From the NCBI RefSeq assembly GCF_001194135.2, contig NC_068995.1, positions 57,378,241 through 57,442,240 of the forward strand: a stretch of 64,000 bases of DNA, given 5' to 3'. The stretch is from Octopus bimaculoides (lineage: Eukaryota). The notes under the pieces are model-generated. The model was not told the origin of the DNA, did not search any database, and saw only the letters and a program-made list of their open reading frames with translations. Below, one piece after another: positions 1 through 12,496 of the stretch (its first letter is position 1; each line of letters begins with the position of its first letter). Made by a program: the position numbers and the translations under genes.

Positions 1-180
1 GACATCACCACCACCACCACAAACGATCACTACAAGAATAATCACCACTAACACTGCTACTCCGTACCTGGTCCTCTTCTTTTCAATTCTGAATTCTTCC
101 TCTGTCTTCTCCATCGCCACCACCACCACCACCACCACCACCACCACCACCACCACCATCATCATCATCATATCATCACC
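1..180. repeat. (CAC)n/(CAT)n low-complexity region
   Basis: Direct read; many further di- and trinucleotide microsatellites across the window are not listed individually. Confidence 0.8.
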
Positions 181-581
181 TTCACTGCTCTTTACCAATG
201 CTACTTAGCTTTACAACTGTGCCATTGTATGCAACTATAACAGCATTCATTGTAGCTACTTTTAAGTAGCACTGCTTCACACTGCTGCTAATGAAATCAA
301 TCATTCAGGGTAGGCCTGTGTCAGAAAGCTTACCAAACAACTAAACTTGATGATGATAATGATGATGATGGCTGTGGCAGTAATAATAATAATAATAATA
401 ATAATGATAATAATACTGGCTGGTTGCATTCTTTTCTTTTTTCACTCCCCTACACCTAAAAGGGCTACAACTATCCCCCACCTATTTTTCATGAAGTATA
501 AATTGTCTCTTTTTATTCTGCAATTTCTAGTAAAATAGGATCATTCAAGTAAAACATTGCATGCTGCTGCTGATGATGATG

Positions 582-613
<32 letters not shown>

Positions 614-931
614 AACAATGATGAGAGCAGGGAAGGAAAAAATGCTAAAATTTCTTTACCCCTGTTGTTTATTAAGGGTTTGGTAATGTCCCCTCCTCCT
701 GGACAGTTAGTGAGTTCCCTCATTTCTATAATGCATGATGGGTGATGTAGGGGGGAGAGCAAAGTGGATTTTGTTTCCATCCCCCTCTTACAATCATTTT
801 GCTTCATTTCACTGAAATAGTTTTGTCTCTGGGCAATGCATTCTTATTCCTTACAACTTCCTCTCTTTCTCTCTCACTCTCACCTAAATATTTCAATATA
901 AGCCAAGATATATATATATATATATATATAT

Positions 932-1243
932 GTGTGCCAGTGGCATGTAAAAAGCACCATTCGAGCATGATCATTGCCAGCGCTGCCTTACTGGCACATG
1001 AAAAACAACATTCAAGCATGGTTGTTGCCAGTGCCACCGGACTGGCTCTTGTGCCAGTGGCACGTAAAAGCACTCACTACACTCTTGGAGTTGTTGGCGT
1101 TAGGAAGGGCATTCAGTTGTAGAAACTCTGCCAAATCAGATTGGAGCTTGGTGCAACCTTCTAGCTCACCAGTCCTCGGTCAAACCATCCAACCCATGCC
1201 AACATGGAAAGCGGATGTTAAATGACGATGATGATGATGATGT
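932..1243 (+). mobile_element. RTE-type LINE 3' UTR fragment (5'-truncated), family C
   Basis: Three imperfect subrepeats (GTGCCAGTGGCA..AAAAGCAC), then GTTAGGAAGGGCATTCAG and CCAACCCATGCCAACATGGAAAGCGGATGTTAAATGACG(ATG)n. A similar tail follows the ORF2 remnant at 52.1-52.5 kb. Confidence 0.7.
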
Positions 1244-1959
1244 ATTTATATACATATCTAATTCTTTTCCTCATTCTTTCTTTTCTTTCTTCTGATGAAG
1301 GGCTAGCATCTGATACATCAAAGACTCTTTCCTTTCCTTTTATACTAATAACATCTTTGTTAAAATTTGTTCCCCTTGTTTTGTTTTCTGTTTTTGCTCT
1401 CATTACTGTATATATATATATATGTATATATATGGTACTCGCTTTATGTTAATTCTCAGGTAATTTCTTCTTCTGGATACATTCCAAACTATTGTTGAAT
1501 TAACCCTTGTTGGTTTTACAGTGCTACTGTGGTTGTTAGTTCTCTAGTTGCTGTGGAACCCATATTCAACCAGAGAAACTTGGGCATTTCAGAGTTGAAT
1601 GTGTTAGTCAATAGACACAGTATGTTGGTCAGTAATGATATAACACCTGCCAGCCTCTTGGGTGATGGTTTCCTTTCTTCTTCTGATGATGGCCTTGTGA
1701 TGCATACTCTGTCAGTTTTGAGCCTTCCATAGTTTGATCAACTGAACTATCTGTTTGTTTAAATTAATATATAAGTGGCTGAGTACTCCTCAGAGTTGGT
1801 TGGGACAAAATCTGCATGACACAGCATGTGACAAGGTTTGACCTTTGAATTGCAGGTACAATCTATCTAAAGGACTGCCACCCCACCCCACCCCCACCCC
1901 CGTCCACTCAGTTTCATTCACAACACCTGAATCCACCTGATGCTGTAGGAAAAGTCATT

Positions 1960-2046
1960 TTGCTTCCGATGTTATACATTAGGATTGAAACTTGAATCTT
2001 ACAATTACAAAGTGAACTTCTTAACCACTCGGCCATCTGCCTGCAT
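1960..2046 (-). mobile_element. tRNA-head SINE 5' fragment (family A-like)
   Basis: Reverse strand reads GCAGGCAGATGGCCGAGTGGTTAAGAAGTTCACTTTG..AAGTTTCAATCC, with A-box- and B-box-like motifs matching family A heads. Confidence 0.55.
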
Positions 2047-2376
2047 TCATTCCTTACTGGCCAAATTACACCCCTNNNNNNNNNNNNNNNNNNNNNNNNN
2101 NNNNNNNNNNNNNNNNNNNNNNNNNNNNNNNNNNNNNNNNNNNNNNNNNNNNNNNNNNNNNNNNNNNNNNNNNNNNNNNNNNNNNNNNNNNNNNNNNNNN
2201 NNNNNNNNNNNNNNNNNNNNNNNNNNNNNNNNNNNNNNNNNNNNNNNNNNNNNNNNNNNNNNNNNNNNNNNNNNNNNNNNNNNNNNNNNNNNNNNNNNNN
2301 NNNNNNNNNNNNNNNNNNNNNNNNNNNNNNNNNNNNNNNNNNNNNNNNNNNNNNNNNNNNNNNNNNNNNNNNNNNN

Positions 2377-2430
<54 letters not shown>

Positions 2431-3224
2431 ATTCATTTTATGTCAATCTATTGTTTCTTCTCTTTCAACAACAATAAACAATTTAATATTCTCTACCCTC
2501 TTTCCTCACACGCTCTCTCTCTCTCTCTTGTCTTTGGTACATTCTCACATTATCTTCTGTAACACATCTCCACCATTTTGTCTTCTTAATGTCCAAAGTT
2601 GCTGCTGTTGCTGCAATTGTTGTTATTGCATTGCCATAGTAATAGTTAATTAATAGTTAATGTTGTTGTTGTTATTACTATTATTATTATTATTGTCATA
2701 GTAATAGTTCATTATTGAATAGTTAACTATTTTAATGGCTTATTTAGACTTGTCTTTTGGATAATAATTTTACAAGTTCTTTATTTCTCTTCTTAATTCT
2801 TTTTGTGTGTGTGTGTGTATGTGTGGGGGTGTCTGTGAGTCTGTCTGTGTGTCTGTCTACATTCCTTAGATTAAGAAATTATTTCCAGTAGTTTTTTTTA
2901 AATTTTAATTATCAACATTTAAAAAAAATAAAATAAATGAACGACGAAGGAAATTCTAACCTAGAGATTATTATTAAGTTTTATGTCTAGCAGGTAAACT
3001 AGGAAAGGTTGTGAAAGTTTATATTCTGAATATATACATAACAATTTAGTCTTGCTCAGATAATTAAAAACCTTAGAATACATTTAGCTTGTCAATGTTT
3101 CTCTCTCTCTCTCTGTCTCTTTCACTTCCTCTCTTTCTCTAACTCACTCACCTCACCTCTCATGAATTATTCATTATGTGTGAAAAGTTTTGGTAGCCAC
3201 TTCTTACCCTCCTCCTATAGACAC

Positions 3225-3267
<43 letters not shown>

Positions 3268-4211
3268 AATGAAATGCATTGAAACATGAAACGGTCAAAG
3301 ACAAAATAATTTTTGGAGATAATAAACTTCTTTCAAAGGATCCATGTTTGAATATTTTCATAATTATTCATGAAATCAGTTATGAATTATTATTATTATT
3401 ATTTATTATTTTTTTTAATGTTTTATTGTTATCATCATCATCATCGTCGTCATCACCATCATCGTCATCATTATCATTGTTATTTTGGCTGATAGTCTTT
3501 TGATTCATCTTGGGCTACTTTTCATTGCAAGTGGTTGTTGATTATTACCAAAATATGTGCTTATCACATGAGGTAACAATGAAAAATTCCTAAATATGCA
3601 AATAAATAATTATGAAAAAAAAAAAAATTAAAACACACACCAATACAGACAAACAAAACTACAAAATTTATTGTTTTGATTTTCTTTTATATTTTTGCTT
3701 AATTTAAAAGTTATATATTACAAAAAAAAAGAAAAGGAAAAAATCTCTGGTCATCTTTTATATAGTAAATCATTAAAGATTGGTTGTGTTGTAGAGTTCT
3801 GGCCATCTGTGATACTATTAACCTCCACCAAGTCTTTGGATGTTTTAAATAGTTTTAGTTGTTGATGTGTGTATGGGTGGGTGGGAGTGTTCATTGGTTA
3901 GTATCTATTGTACTTAGTCATCTATAAAATTTAGTAATGATGGACTTGTTTATATATTGGTATACATTTCTTGCTGGTAAGAAGTTTCTAAAGTGAATGG
4001 AATAATTTGAAGATTGTTTTTGGTACAATGGTAGAACGTCTGTCATGTCTACAGAAAATATGGGTTCAAATCAAACAATCAGCCTTCACTTTTTCCATCC
4101 AAGGCTGTTTTTTCAACCTAATATTATTTAATAGCTTGATCTACTTCAAGCTCACCAGTAAAAGGACCTATATTATGTCTCTTGCAGTTTCTAAATTCTT
4201 ATGATATGTGC

Positions 4212-4274
<63 letters not shown>

Positions 4275-4718
4275 CACATATACATACATGTATACATATA
4301 TATATGTGTGTGTATTTAAGTGTTTTTCTTTTTGTTGAGTTATAAACAAAAGCAGTTTAGGCTTAAATGAAAGGAGTACTCAATACTTTCCATTTGAAGC
4401 ATATTTTGTTATGTTTTTACAAGAAGGGTAACAGCTAAGTTCAAAAGATAGCAGACCAAAACTTCGAAGTCACTGTCATTCCTCTTCTTTTAAACATGAT
4501 ATATATGTGCATGCATGTGTGTGTGTGTGTGTGTGTAGTAGGCTCTTGGAGTTTTTTGTTTTTTTTGCCTCTAAAGAAAATTCATTTGATCCTAATGTAT
4601 GAAGAAAGAAAAATGCTGGTGTCACAAATAACATGATATTCTTCGATTAATGAACAACAACAAAAAACAGAAAGCAAATTATCGTGAAATGTTGGAAACA
4701 TTCTTCACACCCACCTAC

Positions 4719-4868
4719 CAGTGTTCCTCCATAACCACTTTCTCCCTTGCACTTTCTTCTTTCCATCATTTTCTAACTGTGTCTCTCTATGTGTCTGTCT
4801 GTTTGTCTCTCTTTCTAACTTAAACTCTCTTGTTTGGTAGTTCGAAATACCAGTTTTAACTAAGAAAC
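4719..4868 (-). CDS. Candidate 150-nt exon, unknown product
   Basis: tttacag acceptor and G|GTAGGT donor; phase 1-1 open frame GFLVKTGISNYQTREFKLERETNRQTHRETQLENDGKKKVQGRKWLWRNT. Partly low-complexity; no recognisable domain. Confidence 0.15.
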
Positions 4869-4874
4869 CTGTAA

Positions 4875-4928
<54 letters not shown>

Positions 4929-5863
4929 TCATACATTTATATATGTTTATGTGTGTCTGTTGATTGAGTATGTTTCAAAAACATAACCCCCTCCCTCACA
5001 CACACACACACACACAAAAAAAGAAAATGCTGTTAGATTCTTTCAAGAAAAGGAAGGAAAAAAGTTTAGAGAGTTAGTGGTGGTGGTGGTCGTCGTGGTG
5101 ATGGTGTGACTTTTTTTTTTAATTTTAATATATTTATTCCATCAAGTTCAAGATGTGATTTTTAGCTAGTAGAGGTTTCTTTTTTTTTCTTTTAAAAAAC
5201 AAATTATTTATATTTTTAAAAATTTATTTCTTCTTGTTTTTGGTTAAATTTATTTCTTATTTTCTTGATATACTCAAGTGGACTATCTTCCAGTGAGCTC
5301 AACTAAAAGTTTTAATCCTATTTTCAAACTGCAATCTTTATGGTGTTGAATAAATTGATTTTTCTCTCCTCTTCCTAATTATCCAAGTCATTTTAAGTTG
5401 TTTTAGCTTCATTTAGATCCCCTATCGGTGTGCAATACAAACATTTATAGAAATAACTGATTGCAAACACATTTCATTTCCAAGCGCTTCTTTTTTTCTT
5501 CTTCTCCTCCTCCTTCTTCATCTTGTTTCTTCTTCTTCTTCTTCTTCTTCTTCTTCTTCTTCTTCTTCTNNNNNNNNNNTCTTCTTCTTCTTCTTCTTCT
5601 TCTTCTTCTTCTTCTTCTTCTTCCAATCTTTACATTATTGTTGTTGTTGTTTTTTCCTTCCTTTCTTTTATTTCATTCATCCCTCATTTCTTTCTGTTAA
5701 TCTAATGATTCAAGTATCAAACTCAAACCCAAACTATTTTCTATATTTGTCCCCCTTCTCGCTCTCCTTTCTCACACTTTTTTTAAATGATCATATCAGC
5801 TAGTTTCATCATTACAATTATTATTATCATTATTGTTACTATTATATAAATAACGACTGCAAA

Positions 5864-5916
<53 letters not shown>

Positions 5917-6097
5917 GCAGTAGTTCTAGCAGTTTTAGTAGTAAATCTGTTTTGTTTTTTTTTTCCTGGTTAATTGAAGATGTTTCCTCCAAATCTAATT
6001 AGCATTCCTTTTAATCTACAAATTTTTTATTTTTGTTTTAGAGGGCTGGTGCTATTTCAGTTTTTTATGCACTTTTTTTTATCATTTNNNNNNNNNN

Positions 6098-6131
<34 letters not shown>

Positions 6132-6294
6132 TTTCTTTCCTTATTGCTACTTTGAGAAATCTTTCTGAATCTTCATCTGTAAAATAAATTTTATTTGTTG
6201 ATTATAAACTGGTTCCAGGGACAGTCACTCATGAAATATTAACAACGTTTGTTTCACTCAAAAGATTTGGTTGTTGTAATTATTTTAAAACAGT

Positions 6295-6560
6295 TCTTGT
6301 TACTGTTTGGACCCTGGTTTAGAAACCTGATAAAGCAGACATACAACCAAAAGTATTTCAGCTGTGAGTCCCCTTTTGTTTTGGAGGGAGGAGGAGGGGT
6401 ATCTTTTCATGTGTGTCTAGGACTAAATTATGCAGTATTTCATTTCTGTCTGTGTGTCTCTCTTTCTGTGAGACGGCCATGTGAGAGTTACCAAAGATTT
6501 CATTGTTATTTCTAATAGGTCGAGTGACCATAGTAACCGTGCAGAAGTTCCCTTGATGGT
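6295..6560 (-). mobile_element. Family D short interspersed element (~250 bp, (AAC)n-type 3' end)
   Basis: Shares blocks GATTT(G)GCTGCTATTTCTA..AGGTCGAG, GTCTAGGACTA and AAAGGTATTCCAGC with copies at 9.7, 13.6, 37.2, 40.3 and 52.8 kb. Confidence 0.6.
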
Positions 6561-6589
6561 TCAATACCATGCACTGTTAAATACATAGT

Positions 6590-6808
6590 AAAGTGTGGTT
6601 TTGATTCGTGGATCAGGCAGTGTATTGTGTTCTTCAGCAAAACACATCATTGCACGTTGCTTCCCTCCACTCAACTGTAACCTGGTGACCCTGCTATGGA
6701 TTGGTGTTCAGGGGTAAATATTGGGAGCTGGGTAACTGGTCCTATTAGTCCTCAGACCTGGGGCAGCAATATCCATGGGTTGTTGATGATGATGATGATG
6801 ATGATGAC
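6590..6808 (+). mobile_element. Degenerate SINE with CORE-like then V-domain-like blocks and (GAT)n tail
   Basis: TGTATTGTGTTCTTCAGCAAAACAC..CCTCCACTCAACTGTAA (CORE-like), then GACCCTGCTATGGATTGGTGTTCAGGGG (V-like), ending in (GAT)n. Domain names are from memory of SINE consensus sequences. Confidence 0.45.
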
Positions 6809-6989
6809 TGCAGAGAGGCAGGAACATAGGCTGTTGCTGTAGTTGTGCTTTGAAGAAAGCTTCTTTCATTGTACAATTCCTTGCAAGACTGTTATACATT
6901 GGAGTAAAGGAGCAACTCCCTTTTCACTCACACTCGAATCGCCTCCCAATTGCAGTTGAATCATCTTCAAATGTTTAAGCCTGTCTTAA

Positions 6990-7128
6990 CAAAAATAAAA
7001 AAGGGAAGACACATCAGTTAAGTAGTCCTAGATACACAGTGTGGGAAAAGAAGGCAGGAGTGATGGTCATGCTAAGAAGCCCTTTGGTCACATGTCTGCT
7101 TGGTTAGATCCGACCTGCAACTAAACAA
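6990..7128 (+). mobile_element. Family D element, 3' half
   Basis: GTAGTCCTAGATACAC..GATGGTCATGCT..CCTTTGGTCACATGTCTGCT..CTAAACAAC; reverse complement of blocks in the 6295-6560 copy. Confidence 0.55.
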
Positions 7129-7181
7129 CTGGTAGACCATTTCTCATTTTTATTTTGTGGTGAAATGCTCACTGGTATATG

Positions 7182-7227
<46 letters not shown>

Positions 7228-7263
7228 GTATATAAGTATATAATATGCTGTACTTGGTTATAG

Positions 7264-7341
<78 letters not shown>

Positions 7342-7507
7342 GATTTAATCATTCAGAAGACCAGGGCTTGTGGTTGGTTCCATGGGAACAATACTTTCAA
7401 GCTGATCGCCCAACTTACTTTCTCATATTCATATGATTACGTATGAACATGCATGTATATGTGTATATGCATGTATTTAAACACATACAAACACACACAC
7501 ATATATA

Positions 7508-7541
<34 letters not shown>

Positions 7542-8672
7542 TATATGCATAGTTCTTTAGATTGCTAACATATTTCACTAGTGCACTTGCTACGTACTTT
7601 ATATGTGCGTATGTACTTCACCTCTGACTCTGTCTTAGAAATATACATGCATATACATATAAACATATATACATACATAGAACATATATACATTACATTA
7701 TATTCACAAAGATATAATATGTATCTGTATATCTACATATACACGTGTGTGTGTGTGTATATAGATATATATACATATAGATATAGAGAGATAGGTACAC
7801 ACACACATACATAGGTACATACATGTATGTATGTATGTATGTATGTATGTATATATATATACACACGTTATGCCTGTCTGTATAATAAGGAGAAACTTAG
7901 CCTGGTCTCCTTAACACCTCTCCGTTACTGTGCCTGCTGCTGGTCCTTGATATTAACTTCAAAGCAACCATATTCTTTTATGCTGATTTATGTGCAATCT
8001 AATCCAAGATTTATTTGTTTGTTTGTCTTTCTATTTTATCTTCTATTCTATATAATTTATTTTGGTAGCGGTGGTCAGGGATGGGTGGGCTGGTTTCGGC
8101 TTTTCACACACACACACACACATACAGCTTCTTACACATAAACACTTGATACATACATACTCATTCACTCTATTACACACACTCCACCCGTTCATTCATT
8201 TACACACACACACACACTTAATTTCTCTACAAGGTGAATTATGATAACATTTAGTAATGCAAGTGGTTTCAATGGTAATGTGTGTGTGTGTGTGTGTGTA
8301 TAAGTGTGTCTATGAGACTATATTAGCATTTAAACAGGTAATAGTAGTAGTAGTGCTAGTAATAGATTGTGTGTGTGTGTAACCTTCCCCCCACTTCTCT
8401 CTCTCTCTCTCTTTTTCTCTCCCTTAACAAATTACAGCTAACATTAATGCGGTTACTCAGATTTCACTCCTGTAACATACTCCTGTACACCTTAATTATT
8501 CATAAACAACATATCGCTATGGCAACCTTTGTTCCATAAATCAGACACTTAACCAAGCCCAACAATGGGGATATGTCAGTTTTTAACATCCTCACTTGAT
8601 TGCCTGGCAATTCCTACCCACCTCACCACTATCACTGCATCTCTCTCTTTCTCTCATTATTCACCCACCTGT

Positions 8673-8705
<33 letters not shown>

Positions 8706-9135
8706 GGCAGTGGCTGCACCCATTAGTCATCTGTTTTAGTAAACACTACATTTATCCTTAGAATTAATAACACAGCAACAAGAACAAAACAGTATTTTTC
8801 CTTCCCTTTTTTTCCTTTCTCTTTTCTTTTTTTTTTTCAATGCTGTCAGTTCTCTTACCACCACCACCACCACCACTACTACTGCTACTACTACTACTAT
8901 GGTTGAGGCTTAATTTCTGAGAAATGAAATTTCCAAACACCTCCAACCTAACCCCTCCAGCCTCCATCCACTCCATCCCACCCTCAACCAACTCCCCCAC
9001 CATCTGGCATTTCAAGCTCTGTGGTGGTGGGGGGGGGGAGTATAGTTGCATGGAATTTTTCTTTTTTTCTTTTTCCTATTGTCCAAGACAATTAAAATAG
9101 AGAAATACCAGTAATATATATTATATACACATAGT

Positions 9136-9173
<38 letters not shown>

Positions 9174-9302
9174 ACTGGTGTATCCTTTCTTGACTACGTA
9201 AATACCTCAAAGACCAAGGGGTACTTCACTCTGAGCTTTGTATTGTTAAAACTAAGCAAATCCAAGACTCCCCTCCTTACACACACATCTTCGTCTCTTT
9301 AG

Positions 9303-9317
9303 ATCTGCTGGAATATT
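9303..9317 (+). CDS. Candidate 15-nt microexon
   Basis: tcttcgtctctttag|ATCTGCTGGAATATT|gtaagt; length is a multiple of 3. Confidence 0.2.
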
Positions 9318-9397
9318 GTAAGTAGTTTTTCTTGCTACCAGCACAAAAGATATTTGAACTCAGAAGTGAAGTCCCCCAACCCCCACCGATCACCTAC

Positions 9398-9580
9398 CCG
9401 GAGGTTGTCCCTTCATAGAACGTGATGGGAATATCCATAGATGTAACAATAACAGTCCCTGCTTGATTGTTTTCTTCTTTCTCTTTTGGTTCTTCCATTC
9501 CTGTTTTTTCTCAGAAAAATCTGATGCTTTTGGTTTAGACTGAGCGAATGAGAAGAAGCTTGACCTGCAAGAAAAACATC
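9398..9580 (-). CDS. Candidate 183-nt exon, unknown product
   Basis: ttttgttttttcttttag acceptor and G|GTAGGT donor. One frame is open throughout (phase 1-1); a second frame gives MEEPKEKEENNQAGTVIVTSMDIPITFYEGTTS from the ATG at 9498. Confidence 0.25.
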
Positions 9581-9614
9581 CTAAAAGAAAAAACAAAACT
9601 TTGAATAATATGAT

Positions 9615-9670
9615 GATGCTCTAGCATGGCTACAACCTTTAGGCTGGAACATATAAAGAAACATAAAAGA
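9615..9670 (+). mobile_element. Family A SINE 3' tail fragment
   Basis: GCTCTAGCATGGCTACAACC..GAAACATAAAAGA matches the family A 3' end. Confidence 0.45.
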
Positions 9671-9711
9671 AATATGGTCCTAGATATGTTGTGACGTCAT
9701 TTTTCTCTACG

Positions 9712-9905
9712 TTGACCTTAACTGGACAGACCTTTATATCTAAAGATATTCACTAACAACTCTGACCATCCGACCATTTTTTTCTTTCATGCAATCTGTT
9801 ATTCCATTATTTATTTCCCTTTTTTTTTTTAAAAAAAAAGGAGGGTGTAATTTCTGTAAGATTTGGCTGCTATTTCAAGTAGGTTGTATGACCATGCTGG
9901 TGGCT
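9712..9905 (-). mobile_element. Family D element
   Basis: GACAGACCTTTATATCTAAAG..GACCATCC..GAGGGTGTAATTT..AGATTTGGCTGCTATTTCAAGTAGG. Confidence 0.6.
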
Positions 9906-10139
9906 CCCACAGGAAACTTTGTATGTTTGATATGCCACAACCGATTCTGTTTTAAACTCATTACACATAAGGTTCTGATTCCACCACTGTAACAGGGGTT
10001 GTCTTCTGCAACTTTACTACACAGCTGTGTGCATGTTCTTCTTTCACCTCTTCTTGTATTCGTTTTAGTCATTGGATGGCAGCCATGCAGAGGCTCGGCT
10101 TTCAAGGCTTTTTTAGTTGCACAAATCAATGCCAGGACT

Positions 10140-10416
10140 CATTTTCACTGAATCGCAAAGTTACAGGGACATAAACAAACCAATACCAGTTGCCAAGTGG
10201 TGGTGGTAGTGGTGGTGACAAACATACATAAAGACACACACATGCACATGCGTATATACACATACACAATGGGCTTCCACACAGTTTCCACCTGCCAAAT
10301 TCACTCACAAGGCATTGATTGGCTCAGGGTTATAATGGAAGATGCCAGCCTAAGGTGGCATGCTGTGGGACTGAACCTGAAACCACTTGGTTGGCAAGCA
10401 AACTACAAAGCCATAC
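10140..10416 (-). mobile_element. Family A tRNA/CORE-like SINE
   Basis: AAGTTACAGGGACATAAAC, an internal CA/TA repeat, GGGCTTCC..CAAATTCACTCACAAGG and TGGGACTGAACC are collinear with the 20101-20501 copy. Confidence 0.7.
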
Positions 10417-10448
10417 CTTATATGTATATGTATCTATGTCTGCATGCA

Positions 10449-10479
<31 letters not shown>

Positions 10480-11194
10480 ATGCATACCTGTATGTATGTA
10501 TGTATGCTATTTTTCTGTTGAAATGGTAACAAAAACACAAAGGAAACGGTTGGTGTAAACCTTTTGTTCACTTTTCTTGTTTGAAGACTACTAAATCATC
10601 TTTATTAAAATTTCATTTTTTTTGACAAGTATGAGATTTTGTATTTTGGGTGGTGGTGGTGAGGAGGAGGAGGGGGGGAGAGTAGCAGAAGTTGTGCTTG
10701 TTGATATTTGATGGCATCTTCTTGGTGTTTTGGGGGTGTTGTTTTTTTTTGCTGCTGTTATTGTTTTTTTTTTTGGCTAAATAAAAAGAAGACATTCGGT
10801 GCTTCTTATTGACTTTTCAAACATATATTGCATTGTGGCAGCGGTGGTGGTGTGGCTGCATGCAAATGAGTGTGGTTTTGTGTTTGCTTAGGAAAACACA
10901 ATGTCCCTACATACATACATTTGTAGATACGCATACATATAACACATACACACACACATATACAATTATATATATATATATACACACACACATATATTCA
11001 TGCAGTTACCTTATCTTCTTTCTTTATATTCTATTCATACCCCACCACCCTCTATATCCATCCTCAGTTGACATCTTTGACTCCTATTCTAATGATGTGA
11101 ATACCTTTTACTTCTCTTTTCATGAACTTATCACTCATTATTATTGTTATCCTTGGTTAACTCCGTGTGAGAGGGTGGAGGAGGGTGTTATTTG

Positions 11195-11235
<41 letters not shown>

Positions 11236-12127
11236 CTCTCTTTTTTCAACTTTTATATATTTATTTCTTTATCCCACACTTACTTAGTGAAGCTAATGAT
11301 GGGGAAAAGTTCTTCATTGTACAACGTTTTTTTTCTTCTCTGTTTGTTTTAGTTTTTCCCTCTCTTTTTCTTTCTTTCTTTTTTTCGCATTGAAACATTG
11401 GGCACTTATTCTTCGGCTATTGGCATTTAGTACTATTGATCTGTTTGGTTAGCGATGCTTGGAACTGTATATTAATCTTTTAGTTCCTGATCATTGGATC
11501 TGTAACATCGATCTATTGGTTATAGATATTCGGAGTTTCTCACCTACTGACCCCCCACTCTCTCTTCTCTCTCTCTTTCTCTTCTCTCTCTCTCTCTCTC
11601 TCTCTCCTCAGGCTCAGGAAAAAAAAAGTAAACAAACTCATAACCCCTTAGAGGGCCCACATATTGAACAGTGACTCAAAGTCAGAAGTCTAGATTCTGA
11701 CTCATTAATTAAATAGGATGTTTTTAGTTGTGCTCCGCTAGCTCACACCATGAGAATGTGTGTTTTGTGTGTTTGTATCTGAGGAGGTGTACTGGACAAG
11801 TGACTAAGATGTCAAAACGCTTGCTCCATTCAGCTAAGAGGGTTCCATATCTTAGTTAAAACCACTTTTTCCATTGTGGTTAACTTTATAAACATTTTGG
11901 TGGTATATTTTTCCTTTTTCTTTTTTGTCTCTTTTATTTATTTTTTTCTTCCTAAATTTTTATGAATACCTTCGTCTTTCTGGTGGAAAATTAGATTACA
12001 AGTCTTGTCATTAAAAGGAACAGCAGGTCTCAGAAGAGTTTTGTTACCAGTGAACAACTCTTTTCGTCTTGTTTCTTTTTCATTTTTCTCTTTATTTTGC
12101 AAATGTTTTCAGCCGTGTCTCATATAT

Positions 12128-12496
12128 CTTTTATCTTTATTTTGTTTCAGTCATTTGACTGTGGCCATACTGGGGCACCAATCTGAAGAATTTTAGTTGG
12201 TCAAATTACCCCCAGTACTTATTTCTTTCTGTTTTTGTTGTTGCTGTGTAAGCCTGGTATTTATTCTATTAGTCTCTTTTGCCAAACCACTAAGTTACAG
12301 AGTTGTAAACACATCAGCTCCGATTGTCAAGTGCGATGCACTTCTTTCAGTTTCTGTCTACCAAATCCATTCACAAGGTTTTGTTCAGGCCAAGAGTATA
12401 GTAGAAGATACTTGCCCAAGTTGTCATGCAGTGGGACTGAACCTGGAGCCATGTGATTGAGAAGAAAACTTCTTACCACACAGCCATGCCTGTGCC
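12128..12496 (-). mobile_element. Family A SINE, near full length
   Basis: The reverse-strand head GGCACAGGCATGGCTGTGTGGTAAGAAG..AGGTTCAGTCCCACTGCA has A/B boxes, followed by CTTGGGCAAGTATCTTCTACTA (CORE-like) and the GCCACAGTCAAATGACTGAAAC tail. Confidence 0.8.

Noticed and set aside
347-807. Poly-I, poly-L, poly-N, YI, CV, HT and SL ORFs throughout the window
   Set aside because: Translations of microsatellites.
1522-1760. Segment open on both strands (MVVSSLVAVEP... and its antisense)
   Set aside because: Splice sites are mediocre and no homology is recognised; it may be a degraded element.
2718-2731. 14-bp palindrome AATAGTTAACTATT
   Set aside because: Plausible by chance in AT-rich sequence with local AATAGTT repeats.
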